Notes under the pieces: generated by a model
Told to the model about the DNA's origin: nothing
Database searches by the model: none
Seen by the model: only the letters and a program-made list of their open reading frames with translations
Position numbers and translations under genes: made by a program
Source of the DNA: Antedon mediterranea
Lineage: Eukaryota > Animalia > Echinodermata
Reading direction: 5' to 3'
Length of the DNA: 64,000 bases
Assembly (NCBI RefSeq): GCF_964355755.1
Contig: NC_092678.1
Location: 18,183,365-18,247,364, forward strand
Part shown: positions 52,829-64,000 of the stretch, in pieces
Layout: each line of letters begins with the position of its first letter
Numbering within the stretch: the stretch's first letter is position 1

Positions 52829-53711
52829 CATGGAGGTATAAAATAGAAGGAGAGAGCTCGAATGTATTGTAGCGCGTTAACAGGATGTCGCCATGGTATT
52901 TTCAAAGCCTTGTGCCGACAGCGAGCTGCACAGACTTTGTTACCAACGTCAGCCGCCGCCTCTAATCAGCCCTCTATCACAGAGGAGGTGAGATCCTAAA
53001 AAATACACAAACAAACACATATACTTTTAGCATGCGCAGTGCTATTGTTTGTGTTAAAATTTTTGCGCAATCAAATGTTCGCTTCCCGCTTAAAAAATCT
53101 CTAAATATTGATACCAAACACGTTTACATATGAAATTTTAAGCAAATTTTATCAGGCTCCCATTATAGTTGTTATTGTAATTTACTTGCTGTTTATGCAA
53201 TTATATGTATTTCGATAAAATATTAATAGACGTCGTCAGACAGCTGTAATTTTGGGTGAAGAACACATGGTTATTACTTTACATTCTTACGTTATTCGTT
53301 GTTGGGCTGCCGATGATTGCCGGCCAAAGATATTGACGAAATACATTAGTAGGCATATTTCGCGGGTTTGTTGACAATGGATGGGGGAGGTATTCGATTA
53401 CAAAACCGTGACTAGGTCTATAGTTTTAGGCTAGGGCCGGAGTAGTCCTTGCATAATTATTATAATCTAGACTAAAAATATAATCATTGCTGTAGCAGCC
53501 ATTTTATCTCCTCTGCATATGCAGAGTAAACAAGCATGTGACGTCGCGTCGGCGATATCAGGAGGCATGCGCAGTGACTCGGAACGCGACTAGGAAGCGA
53601 CAACGCGGAGAGGCACACTGCGCGTAACATTGTGTAACATGCTGAGGCGGCGGACTACGTAGTACAAAGGCTTGTCTTCCGAGCTCTCTCCTTCTATTTT
53701 ATACCTCCATG
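52829..53711. mobile_element. P/Galileo-like MITE, 32-bp TIR, 7-bp TSD GTTAGTC
   Basis: Perfect TIR CATGGAGGTATAAAATAGAAGGAGAGAGCTCG at both ends; TSD at 52822-52828 and 53712-53718. Confidence 0.88.
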
Positions 53712-54254
53712 GTTAGTCTATAGAATAGATCCTAGCCTAGTAGTAGTAGCCTATCTATTTGGTGAGAGATAAAATTGGACGTGTATAAAAATAATAAGCA
53801 ACAACGTTTTAATTTGATCGCAATAATGACTAATGTAATAAATAAAAGAACACTATTTATATACTATTATACTATATTAGTTGTGGTTGATATGAGTCTA
53901 TAAAATATATATTAATTACTTTTAATTAATGTGAAGATAAATATGCGTAATTTATTTATAATCAGATAACAATGTTTGCAAATTTAAAACCCTAAAAACA
54001 CACATGTAAATTAAAACAAATTAGAATACGCTTAAACTCATAAACAACGAAAATGTATATTGTGCCCCATACAACTATTGATATCAAAAGTCTATTGGCC
54101 TGTCATACAAAATGCAGGAAGTTGAATTTATCGCGACCAAAATTGAAGCTCATGTTTGTGAATAAGTTCTTGTTTTTTAATTAGTAGTTCATGTTTGGGA
54201 ATTACTTTAGTTCATGCATAGAGATAATATCTCTATGGTTCATGGAGTTCTGAA

Positions 54255-54860
54255 TTGATGTTTGTGAATAAGTTGATGTTTGTGAATTAGTTGATGTTTG
54301 TGAATAAGTTCATGTTTGTGAATAAGTTCATGTTTGTGAATAAGTTCATGTTTGTGAATAAGTTCATGTTTGTGAATAAGTTCATGTTTGTGAGTGAGTT
54401 CATGTTTGTGAGTGAGTTCATGTTTGTGAGTGAGTTTACGTTTGTGAATGAGTTCACGTTTGTGAATGCGTTCACGTTTGTGAATGAGTTCACGTTTGTG
54501 AATGAGTTCACGTTTGTGAATGAGTTCATGTTTTTGAGTAAGTTCATGTTTTTGAATAAGCTCATGTTTGTGAATTAGTTCATATATTTGAGTAAGTTCT
54601 TGTTTTTGAGTAAGTTCATGTTTTTGAGTAAGTTCATGTTTTGAGTAAGTAATGTTTGTGAATTAGTTCATGTTATGAATACAATCATGTTAATTGTTAT
54701 GAATGAATTAATTCATGTTTGTGAATTAGTTCATATATTTGAGTAAGTTCTTGTTTTTGAGTAAGTTCATGTTTTTGAGTAAGTTCATGTTTTGAGTAAG
54801 TAATGTTGTTAATAGTTAACGTTATGAATACAATCATGTTAATTGTTATGAATGAATTAA
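54255..54860. repeat. 18-bp minisatellite (GTTCATGTTTGTGAATAA) with a higher-order duplication of about 150 bp, just upstream of the first coding NOL8 exon
   Basis: Direct reading; 54562-54712 is repeated at about 54713-54858. Confidence 0.9.
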
Positions 54861-54915
54861 AAAACTAAACAACATTAATATTTTTTAATTGCTACAGTTT
54901 GTCTGGAATTAAGTG

Positions 54916-57900
54916 ATGGGTGCAGTGGAACAACGCCGTCTGTTTATTGGCGGACTTTTTAAAGGAATAACACAAAATGAATTGAAGGAACGATTTAACC
55001 GATACGGAGAAGTTTCATCTGTTGAAATCATTGTAAGATTAGATGAAATTGGTATGTGTGATGACTCTTTCTCTCTAGGTGCCAATCTACGGATGTAGGC
55101 GATCATGGTCTGCCACAATTTTCTGCATCTTGCTTTCTTGAAAAGGTCCACTCCTTGATTCAATATTCCATTAGCTTGCAACCACTCGATTAGGCTTGTC
55201 ATCCACATTACACGTTTTCTACCCTTGCTCCTCTTTCCTTCAACCTTTCCGGTTATTGACAGGTTCTCCAAGCCATCTTTTCTGATTACATGACCGAGAA
55301 ATTTTAGCTGCCTTATCTTATGTGAAGACAGTGTAGCCAATGACATTATCTTTTTTAACAATTACAGTATGACCAATGACATATTATCTTTTTTAACAAT
55401 AGGATCAAAAGCAGTTATTTATACTAAGAATGTAAATAAATTATGTTATTAGGCCAAATAAAAAAATATACTTGTTAAGCGTCACACCCTCATAAATTTT
55501 CAGGGGCGGGGGGACGGTTTTTTTTTTTTTTTTTACTTTTTATAGAGGTATATTTTTGCGCGGTGGACGTTTTGGCCCACTTTTTTTAGGACGAAACGTC
55601 AAACTTTTAAAATGCGAAACAGAACAAAATTGACTATGTATGAAATATTATTGCTTATGACAAAATTGAGTTTTGTATTGTTTATATCCAGACGTAATTA
55701 AAACATTAAATTTAATTGCCACCAAGCGAACTTGTAGGCCCTAGGCTAACTAATCCGTCCAAGCTGCTACCCCCACCTCACTCATCGGCCATCCGCCGTC
55801 TCTCGCTCGACTCATCTATCCAGGAAATTCCCTATCGCGAGAAGCATGATTTGGTCTCAATAATACTAAATAGTGGGCTGATTTATAGTTTGAAAACAGC
55901 TTACGGCATTTCTTAAGTGAATTTTTGTTCAAAGTATTCATTCTTCTTTGATGAATCCTTTGCCAATTGCTGTGTAAATCAGTATTTAAAGTTGTGATGC
56001 AAAAAGTGTATGCAATTATTCCACAGGTAAACCAGGCATAAGGAAACCCATCGCCCAACAGGACCTCGTGGTGTGCCGATCTCGAGCGCGAGATCATCGT
56101 AAACAAAATTGGTAGAGTCCATTATGTATGGGGTGTTTCCTATTTACGAACCTATAAAAAACGCGCTTCGACCACTGTGTAGGCAAAATATTTATTTCGT
56201 TAAATCCCTAAATTGATAATCGCGTATTCTGTAATCACGTGACTGATGATGTAATTCTCAGCGACGTACTAAATGCACATGATTTAATGTGTTGGGGAAA
56301 AAGCTTGCTGTTTACCACATTACATGATTCACGGTGCTATTCGCGTTTCCTTGACGTAAATCGGCGGCGTGTAAATGAAACAATTGTTTTCACCAAATTG
56401 CCGTTGTCGACATAGAGCGATCGGCGGCTAGCGTTGTCTAAGCTAAAAAGTACGTATTTTTCAAAAATTACACTAGCCTAACAAACATTTGCTAGTTTTG
56501 AAATTTTCAAATAGCAATTATGAAGAATCTACTAGCAAAATGCTAGTTTGCTAGCGTGAATTTCGAGCCCTACTCTGGAGCTGGGCCGGGCCGCTGAACT
56601 TTCCGTTGTATATCGGTAAAAAAAAAATAAAAATAAAAAGAGAGGCGGCTGGATAATCAGGAGCGGGCGGTGACGCTTAACAAGTATGTTTTTTTATTTG
56701 GCCTTATTATAAAATTAGGTACCAAACAATAAATATATTTTCTGTAAAGTGTTATTGTATTGAACATGAAACATATAAAACTTCTTACTTGTTGTCCTAA
56801 CTTTGAATAAGTGAAATATTGGAAGCAGTTATAATAGCATGGCTAAACAACAGAGGGTGCTATAAAATTGTTAAACTGCATCAAACTATAGAGGGTGATA
56901 TTCAAAATACTCTTTTAACGTTGACAGTAAATATTCTACAATCTTCTAGAGATATATTCACCAATGTAGTTGATGAATTAACCAAAAAATATTCAATACT
57001 TTTAATTTATTAAAGATTAAAGTCCCCCAAAAAACATGAAAATGAAGATTAATTAAATCAGACTTTAAATATGTTATTTTGTAGTTTAATAAAGTTAATC
57101 ACTTCCATAGAAAAAAAAATAATCTTTTCACCTAGTATAAATTGAGAAAATAAATGGTTAAATTCAACCAAAAACCCACTGGCTGGCAGCTCCAATTTGG
57201 CCATTTTTTGCTTTAAATTACAGTTTTTTTGGGCAAAGTGGATGACTATTATGTTACATTAAAATGGCATATTTGACAAAAATGTTGTTAAGAATTATTT
57301 TTTTCAGGGGGACAATAAACTACATCTTTAAATGTATATTTTATTTATTGGAGAAGTCTTATTGTAAATTACGATGGGTAGACTACCAATTTCAACCCGT
57401 CTTTTCCCACACTTGTGCTACAGGCCCACGGAACCTTATAAATGTGGCATCTTCCTGTATGGAATTTAAGATTGATCCCCTGAGATAATAACATTTACAA
57501 TATTTTGGTTTTATTATTTTAGGTGAAGTATACAAAACATTTGGATATGTTGACATAAAAGCAGATGATACCAATGTTAAGAAATGTGAGTATTACATTA
57601 CATAGCTTATGATATTCACTCCCCTATCTTGTTCAAAGCTCCTCTTCAATACAATTACAGAGATCTAAAGGCTACTTTCGTGAAATTAAAGATTGAGAGA
57701 AATTTAATTTGCTATATGTATGTTTATTATGTTTAATTAAGTGTGGTTTTCTTGTTTTTTCTGTAATATTTGTTTAGGACCACAATGGAAATAAGTTTGC
57801 CGTTTCGGTACTTTATTGTGTTTTTATGATTTTATGTCAGAATAAATAAATAAATAAAAATAAATAAAATGTTATCACATGACCACCACTCTAAGGATCG

Positions 57901-60900
57901 AAAATAACATATGTTGATATATAGCAATATCTGTTAATTAAACACACCTTGCATCATATACCATAGTTTACTGAAACGTAAAGACCTTTTTAAAGTTGCA
58001 CAATGCATTGAAATGCAACACAAAAAGTACATTAAAAAAAAAATGATAAAATAAATAAAATAATATATAAATGACAAGCAAGATATTTCCATCATAACAA
58101 ATTATTTTCGGTTTTCATTTATAAAGGTCTTAACACTTACAATGGGAGTAAATGGAAGGGACATTGTTTGACAATACAAACTGCTAAGGAAAGTTTTCAA
58201 CAAAGGTAAAGATGTTTTAAGATGATCCCTGTCAAGTGTCAGTGTAAATTGTTAATAAACGCACTAATTAGATCTGTTTTCTGGGGCAAAAATGTTTTCA
58301 TCGTTGAAGACGCTGTGTACACACGTCGTCTCTTTGCTGACATCATAGCCCAGCAACATTGTTGTTTTAATCAGAAAGTCAGAGTCGAATGTGCGTAAAA
58401 TTAGCATACCTCCATGACTGGACTTACAGTCTCATGTGAAAGAATCTATACATATGAGTATTTGATTCTTCTATTCAGTGTGAGGCTCTCCTGTCATGGG
58501 GACAATAGGACTAAACAATGATTTATAATATTATATTATACTAATTTTTATTAATTGGACTTACTTTCATTATGGACTTATTTGAAAGATAGATGTTTTA
58601 TTTTATTTTATTCAATCGAAACCAACAGCGGTAATTACCGCCACTAACAGGTTTGATACAAACAAAGCCAGGACTTTTTAAATATACCTTGATTGGTCCT
58701 AACATTGATCAAGGTCTTCTCTCGTCCAGTGCCCACCTTCACCAGAGGAAAGGCAGATACTAGATGCAGGGGTTGCCATAAGAGTCAGCAATGCTGATTT
58801 CAAATGTCTAGCGGGACCCCCGCTCCATATACAGCACCCGATATTCCCAGAAGGTCTCCCTTCCAAGCTCTAACCAGGCCCAACGTCGCTTAACTTCGGT
58901 GATCTGACAAGAACCGGTGTTTCAACGTGGTAAAGCCGTACTTTTATAGAATCGACAACGTCTTTATACACTCACTTAAGCCAGATCTGTGCACTGGACC
59001 TTCTGTTTTAAGTCAGAAATACTTTACAACCAGAACTGTGGTCAAGTGTATGCCAATTTATTGGCTATATATGGTTTGCGATGCCTGTTTTAACTTTCCA
59101 GTTGGATATTATATTTTATAAATTAGTTTTTTGTTTCAGACTGAAAAGAGAAAAGGAAGAGGTAAAACATAAAGAAACTCTTGAAAAAAGATCCAAGAAA
59201 ACCAAAAGCGCGAAAGAGAGGTTACAAGAAAGTTTTTCAAAAGCTGGTGTGAAGGATTTCGATATCAGAAATGCTGTTCCTGGAACAGAGATCACTGGAG
59301 AAAAGGTAAACTTAGATTCAAGTTCTTGATTTTGATGGAATTTTTAATAAATTAAGAATTAGAATTACTAAACGCACTAATTAGATCTGTTTTCTGGGGT
59401 GAAACTGTTAACATCATTGAGAGTATAGTGTACGCACATCCTCTCTTTGTTGTGATCGTAGCCCAGCAACAGTGTTGTTTTAATCAGAAAGTCAGAGTCG
59501 AATGTGCGTAACATTAACATACCTCCATGACTGGACCCACAGTCTTGCATGAAAGAATCTAATATGTTTATAGGTTGAGAGATTTTTATATTCAGTGCAA
59601 GGCTCTCCTGTCATGTGGATAATATGACAATTACTGTATAATTAATTATACTTCTTTTGTACTATATACACACATTTTTTTCACTTTGTGTTACAATTCA
59701 GTGTACAATTATGTACAAATTGTTAACAATTAATTTCTTTTTGCTTTTACAGAATTGGACTGTAACTAAATTTGGCAGAGTGGTTCCTATTGTGTACATT
59801 CGTAGCAAAACGAAAAGAAAAGTGAATAAAATAGACCCAAGCAAATACTCTCATTCTCTCAAAAGAATTAAAGATGAGAATGACAGTGGAAACGATGGAT
59901 GCTCTCTGACATGGGAAATGGAGGCTGCCGAAAATAAAGTGCAGTACCAAAAAAGAATTGGAGCTTATAGCACCCCAATCAAAAAGAAAAAGAGGAAACT
60001 AAGTCAATCTGTGTATGAGGATGAATCTGAGGATGATGTTTCTAAATTGGTACCAAATCTCACAAAAGGAAATGCAATTTCTTATCAGTATGAAGATGAG
60101 AAAAATGATGACTTTGAAGTTGTCTCAGTAAAATTTGATTCAAAGAATAAATCTAAAGATTTGACAGCACATAATTTTCAACAGAAAGTTACTTGTAAGG
60201 TTTACAATTCATCAGATGATGAAGAAGAAGAGGGTGACAATATTTTGTTGCTTCCTAAATTAATACAGAAATCTAAACTCAGCTCTACGTCAAAGAAAGA
60301 GCAAAGAGAAAAATTAACCTCAACGTCACAGAAAAATGTTTCTCAAAATGAAAACATTACTGAAAGAACTACTGAACTCAAAGCGATTTCATCAAGAGTT
60401 GATAGTGAAAAACAGAAAGGCAAATATTTTCCTAATGCTTTGTTTACACCAGAAGATATATCAATTAGCAACAGTAATGGAACCGAATCCTCATCTTCGG
60501 AATCAACTGATGCGGATACGAAAAATGATTTTAAATTAAGCGAATTACAGAAGAAGAAAGCAATTTCGACAAAGTCTGAGGCAGGAGAGTCTGGTTATGA
60601 CATCTTTGCCACAAGAGATCCTGTTTCTGTGGACGATCTTCTGGATGAGGTGAATTTAGATTCATCAGGAAAGTTTTATTACAAGTCGGCAGTAAATCCA
60701 TTAACAAATCAGGAAATAGACTTTATTGTTTTAGAACCACAGGGTACAGAAGTAAAGAACTTAATATCTGGTAAAACATTGATGAAAGAAAGTGGTAAAA
60801 AATGTCAAAAAGTAGGAGAAAATATTAAAAAAACTGAAGAAAATACTAAAGAAATTAAATCAATTTTATGTTCTAATGAAGACTGTTCCAAGGATGAAGA

Positions 60901-62976
60901 TATATCTGCAGTTCAACCAAACACTTTAGCAATAAAAAATAACACTTCTGTTTCACCGGTAACAAGTAAAAAGTCTGATGTTTGTGTACAGCCAGATCAA
61001 GATGATACAGTGTCTGTCTCATCTGCTGACACTGATGAAATATGTTCCCGGAAGACAGTTAATATGTTTGCAGACATTTCTTTGAGCATGTCTGGTGATG
61101 TAGGAGTCGTTGAGTTCTATGACCAGAATGATTATAGTGATGAACAGTCAGATGATTTGATAAAACTAAAAGAGGGTCTAAGACTTTGTGGGAAAGAAGC
61201 AAACAAATCAAATGGAAATTCTGACAATGAGGACAATAGTGTTGAAGAGACTGATGTGGAACTAGATGAGGATAGTAGCGGTGAAGATGCTAATGATGAA
61301 CTTCTTAGTATAAGTGTAAACAATGTTAAAACTGTGTGTAGTAAGAACAATGAAGTTGAGAAAAATATGAGTAATAATGAAGAAGATTCCAGTAGCAGTG
61401 AAGAAGCTGAAAACGGTGAAGATGAAGATGCCAGTGGTGATGTGAATGTTAATAAGAGTAAAGAAAGTGCAAGTATAGGCGAATTTGCCAAAAACAGAGA
61501 AGATGCCAATGATGATGAAGAGCCACAGAGTGAAGATGTTAGTAGTGACGACGAAGATGTTGAAAGCAGTGAAGAAAAAGCTAGTAGTAACATAGAAGAA
61601 AAAATGTGTGGTGATGACGATAGCAATGGTGTGGAAGATAGCAATGGTGATGAAGATGTCAGTGGTGATGAAGATACCAGTGATGATGATGAAGATGCCA
61701 AAGATGGTGATAGCAGCAGTGGTGGCAGCACAGATGGAGACGGTAACTATAGCAGTGATGCTGAATTGCCAAAAGTATTATCATCAGCCTCTCTCAATGG
61801 CAAACATTCTTCAAATAGTGTCCAGAAACCAAAGAAAGTTCTGGATCTAAGTGTCCTCAAAGGAGACCCTGCCAAGCAAGCATCGTCAAATATCAAACGA
61901 CTGGCATCGATGCAAAAAAAGACTGAAGTAATGCTAGGACAGAAGAGAGCAATACAGATTGCCTTAGCAGCTGTGGTGAGTACTTTGTGATCTAGGTGCA
62001 TGTAATGTACAGAACAAAGCCAGACTTGTAAGCAGTGGCGTTATGTAGATGACTTAGGCCCCTGGCTTGTGGCTGGCTTTAGCTTTTTCGACATTGTTTT
62101 TTCCTCTTGGCCCTGTTCAGGGGCCCCCATACGTTCTGGTTCCCCCATACGTTCTGGTGCCCCCATACGTTCTGGTGCCCCTGGGTTTAGCTGGTGAGCG
62201 CTCATAGCCACTACGGACCCTAATACATATAGTTATTAAACATTTGATATGGAGTGATGATGGTCTAGGAATTGGTTACTCCATTGACATTGGAAAGTGA
62301 TACTTTTTGGTTGATTCTCTTGTTTCAAGCGATGACCAATGACACAATATGCATAGGTGTTTAGGACATTAAAAAATCCAAAGCTCTCTGAAATTACATA
62401 CTTGCACAGTACAGATGCTTTTTTAGAGGGGTGTGCCTGTTTCTTTTTAAATTTTTTTAAATATTTTTAAATGAATGATGCAATTGTCCGAAATATTTGG
62501 CAAGTGAAGTGCAAGTATGCCACTAATGATTGGTTTACACTAGAGACGAAACTGCAACATAAGGGTTTCGCAAGCAGGATTGCCACACTTTGTTGATTAG
62601 CACACTACTAGCCCCCTCTATAAACAAGCTGATTTTTTTTTTTATTTTTAATAATACATGATTTCATTACAAGTAGGGTTTATGGATGTCTTCACAACAT
62701 GCAAAGGGACTCTACAGTGAGTTTGCGGTTTGCAAAAGAATTATTCTGGATTAATCTTTGCAACCGTGACTGACAAAATTAACAAAGACTAAAGCAGGCT
62801 TTATAGCGAAGCCTAGCTTAAGCCTTAAGACTTATGGTATGTCTGCATTTCTTATTTAGGATACCAAAGCAGGACCGGCTCAGGGAAAGCATATTAAATT
62901 TGATTCAGATGATGAAGATGATGACACTGCAAATATTACTATTCAGGATGAAACAAAACCATCTAATATAAAACTG
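54916..62976 (+). CDS. NOL8: Nucleolar protein 8 (N-terminal RRM, long acidic region), 5' part; continues beyond the window
   Basis: Exons 54916-55051, 57523-57585, 58127-58205, 59140-59305, 59753-61975, 62860-62976. RRM RLFIGGL...ELKERFNRYGEV...KTFGYVDI...CLNTYNGSKWKGHCLTIQTAKESFQQRL; NOL8 motifs VPGTEITGEKNWTVTKFGRVVP, DPSKYSHSLK, SADTDEI, SNIKRL, GKHIKFDSD. Confidence 0.9.
55066..55320 (-). mobile_element. 3' fragment of an RTE-clade LINE about 15 bp downstream of a NOL8 splice donor
   Basis: RQLKFLGHVIRKDGLENLSITGKVEGKRSKGRKRVMW...ARCRKLWQTMI is the typical RTE ORF C-terminus. Confidence 0.8.
55452..56703. mobile_element. TTA-flanked non-autonomous DNA transposon (Harbinger-like), TIR about 35 bp
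   Basis: GGCCAAATAAAAAAATATACTTGTTAAGCGTCAC ... GTGACGCTTAACAAGTATGTTTTTTTATTTGGCC, with TTA on both sides. Confidence 0.8.
58257..58515 (+). ncRNA. H/ACA snoRNA, SNORA53-like, copy 1 (NOL8 intron)
   Basis: About 255 nt, paralogous to 59370-59632. Stem ACGCAC/GTGCGT followed by an H-box (AAATTA). Second hairpin TCCATGAC/GTCATGGGGA. Blocks TTAGATC, CCAGCAAC, GAGTC and ATACCT-CATG match SNORA53 as remembered. The ACA box is less clear (ACT at the aligned position). Confidence 0.7.
58596..58940 (-). mobile_element. 5S rRNA-derived SINE (SINE3-like): degenerate 5S head, about 220-nt body, (AAAAT)n tail
   Basis: Reverse complement of 58831-58940 (TACGGCTTTACCACGTTGAAACACCGGTTCTTGTCAGATCACCGAAGTTAAGCGACGTTGGGCCTGGTTAGAGCTTGGAAGGGAGACCTTCTGGGAATATCGGGTGCTGT) is 5S rRNA with substitutions. 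There is no oligo-T terminator; a non-5S body follows, then the hairpin GCGGTAATTACCGC and the tail AATAAAATAAAATAAAA. Confidence 0.8.
59370..59632 (+). ncRNA. H/ACA snoRNA, SNORA53-like, copy 2 (next NOL8 intron)
   Basis: Same fold as copy 1; H-box ACATTA; ends TATG-ACA-ATT (ACA at 59627-59629). Compensatory changes versus copy 1: AGTCTTGC/GCAAGGCT against AGTCTCAT/GTGAGGCT. Confidence 0.78.
62124..62182. repeat. Three copies of a 20-bp unit CCCCCATACGTTCTGGT[T/G]C
   Basis: Direct reading. Confidence 0.8.
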
Positions 62977-64000
62977 GTAAGGTTCACAAGTAATTGTTTC
63001 CAATTATGAAATAAAAGATGTTCAACTGGGATGGTTATATTAGTTACGTTGTGAATTTAATATAACATATTTGTAAACTTCATTTACATACATACTTTTA
63101 TTTTTCAAATATAGACATCTTACATGAATACATGTTACTGCATTTGTTTTTAGGTTTAAACATACATAATTTTATTTGTCAAATATAGACATATTCTTAC
63201 ATGAATACATGCTACTGCATTTGTTTTAGGTTTAAATTATAGTCTATTGTCAACGATTAAATAATAATATATGATTTCTTAACTATGTTATAAACATTAT
63301 GAACTGAATAAAAAAAGGATACCCCATTTCATAGACTAGAATTCTACCCTTATTCTATTGGAAACTGCCTAATTCACGTTTTCCTTTTCTATCTTACCTG
63401 AAATGTGACGATGGGTCCTTCCCCAAGGAAAGCTTTTCCTGATGTCTGTGTTTTCCCAGACAGTACCTGGATGTATTTAATAAGCAATGGTGTACTTTCA
63501 ACATATCTGTAGTTTGCACATGTTATATTACTATGTTTCCGAGCATTTTCCATTCTTAAAAGTTTATGTGTTTCTAGGTCTAGCTATTATAGTAAACAAA
63601 ACATTTACTGCAGCTATAGATTTGAATCTACGTGTTGGGGTGAATTTAAGTTTAACCTGGATTTTACGGTTGTTTATTTTGGTCACATACCTTACTTTAA
63701 GAAACACGATGGGTCATCATCTTCGCGCAAACGCGAGTAACTAATAAAACGGCTATGTTGACTGTATATGATTTTACGCTCTAGCGAACACAGGATATTT
63801 GTCGTCCTCCCCAACCGTCGTGTTTCTTAAAGTCCCTATTATGGACAAATTCTTTAAATAATTCCTCAATGGTCTTGCTGTATACATATTTGCTGTTAGA
63901 TTTCAACTTTGTATTAAGTTGTGTTTTTTGTTTGTTTTTAAACCTGTTTGTGAAAACACAATAAAGATAACTTTACCTAACTTAATCTTGGAAGTTGTAA

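Noticed and set aside
54287-54578. ORFs (NSFTNV)n and (FMFVNK)n
   Set aside because: Translation of an 18-bp minisatellite.
58831-58940. Functional 5S rRNA gene
   Set aside because: Substitutions in conserved positions, damaged termini, no T-run terminator, and a SINE-like body and tail follow.
61132-62001. Ser/Leu-rich minus-strand ORFs
   Set aside because: Antisense shadow of the acidic NOL8 exon.

Overview
AT-rich, intron-rich animal genomic DNA. It is probably an invertebrate deuterostome such as an echinoderm (inference from a Deu-domain SINE, vertebrate-like SFMBT/RFT1/NOL8 proteins and TAGGCCTA-rich flanks). Four spliced protein-coding genes were rebuilt by hand from GT/AG sites and exon phases: the 3' part of SFMBT (MBT-SLED-SAM, +, to 6224); a complete RFT1 (-, 22748-8448), tail-to-tail with it; a 17-exon secreted mosaic protein (+, 33500-50593: signal peptide, YWTD beta-propeller, beta-rich region, atypical C-type lectin, Cys-rich segment, Asp-box region ending in CC); and the 5' part of NOL8 (+, from 54916). 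The best leads are non-coding. Two SNORA53-like H/ACA RNAs with compensatory base changes sit in consecutive NOL8 introns. An unidentified structured element is duplicated in two SFMBT introns. There is also a 5S-derived SINE, P/Galileo-like MITEs with matching 21-32 bp palindromic footprints (7-bp TSDs), a 4-bp-TSD transposon with asymmetric ends, and an upstream block repeated on both sides of the mosaic gene. No database searches were run; family names rest on remembered motifs.
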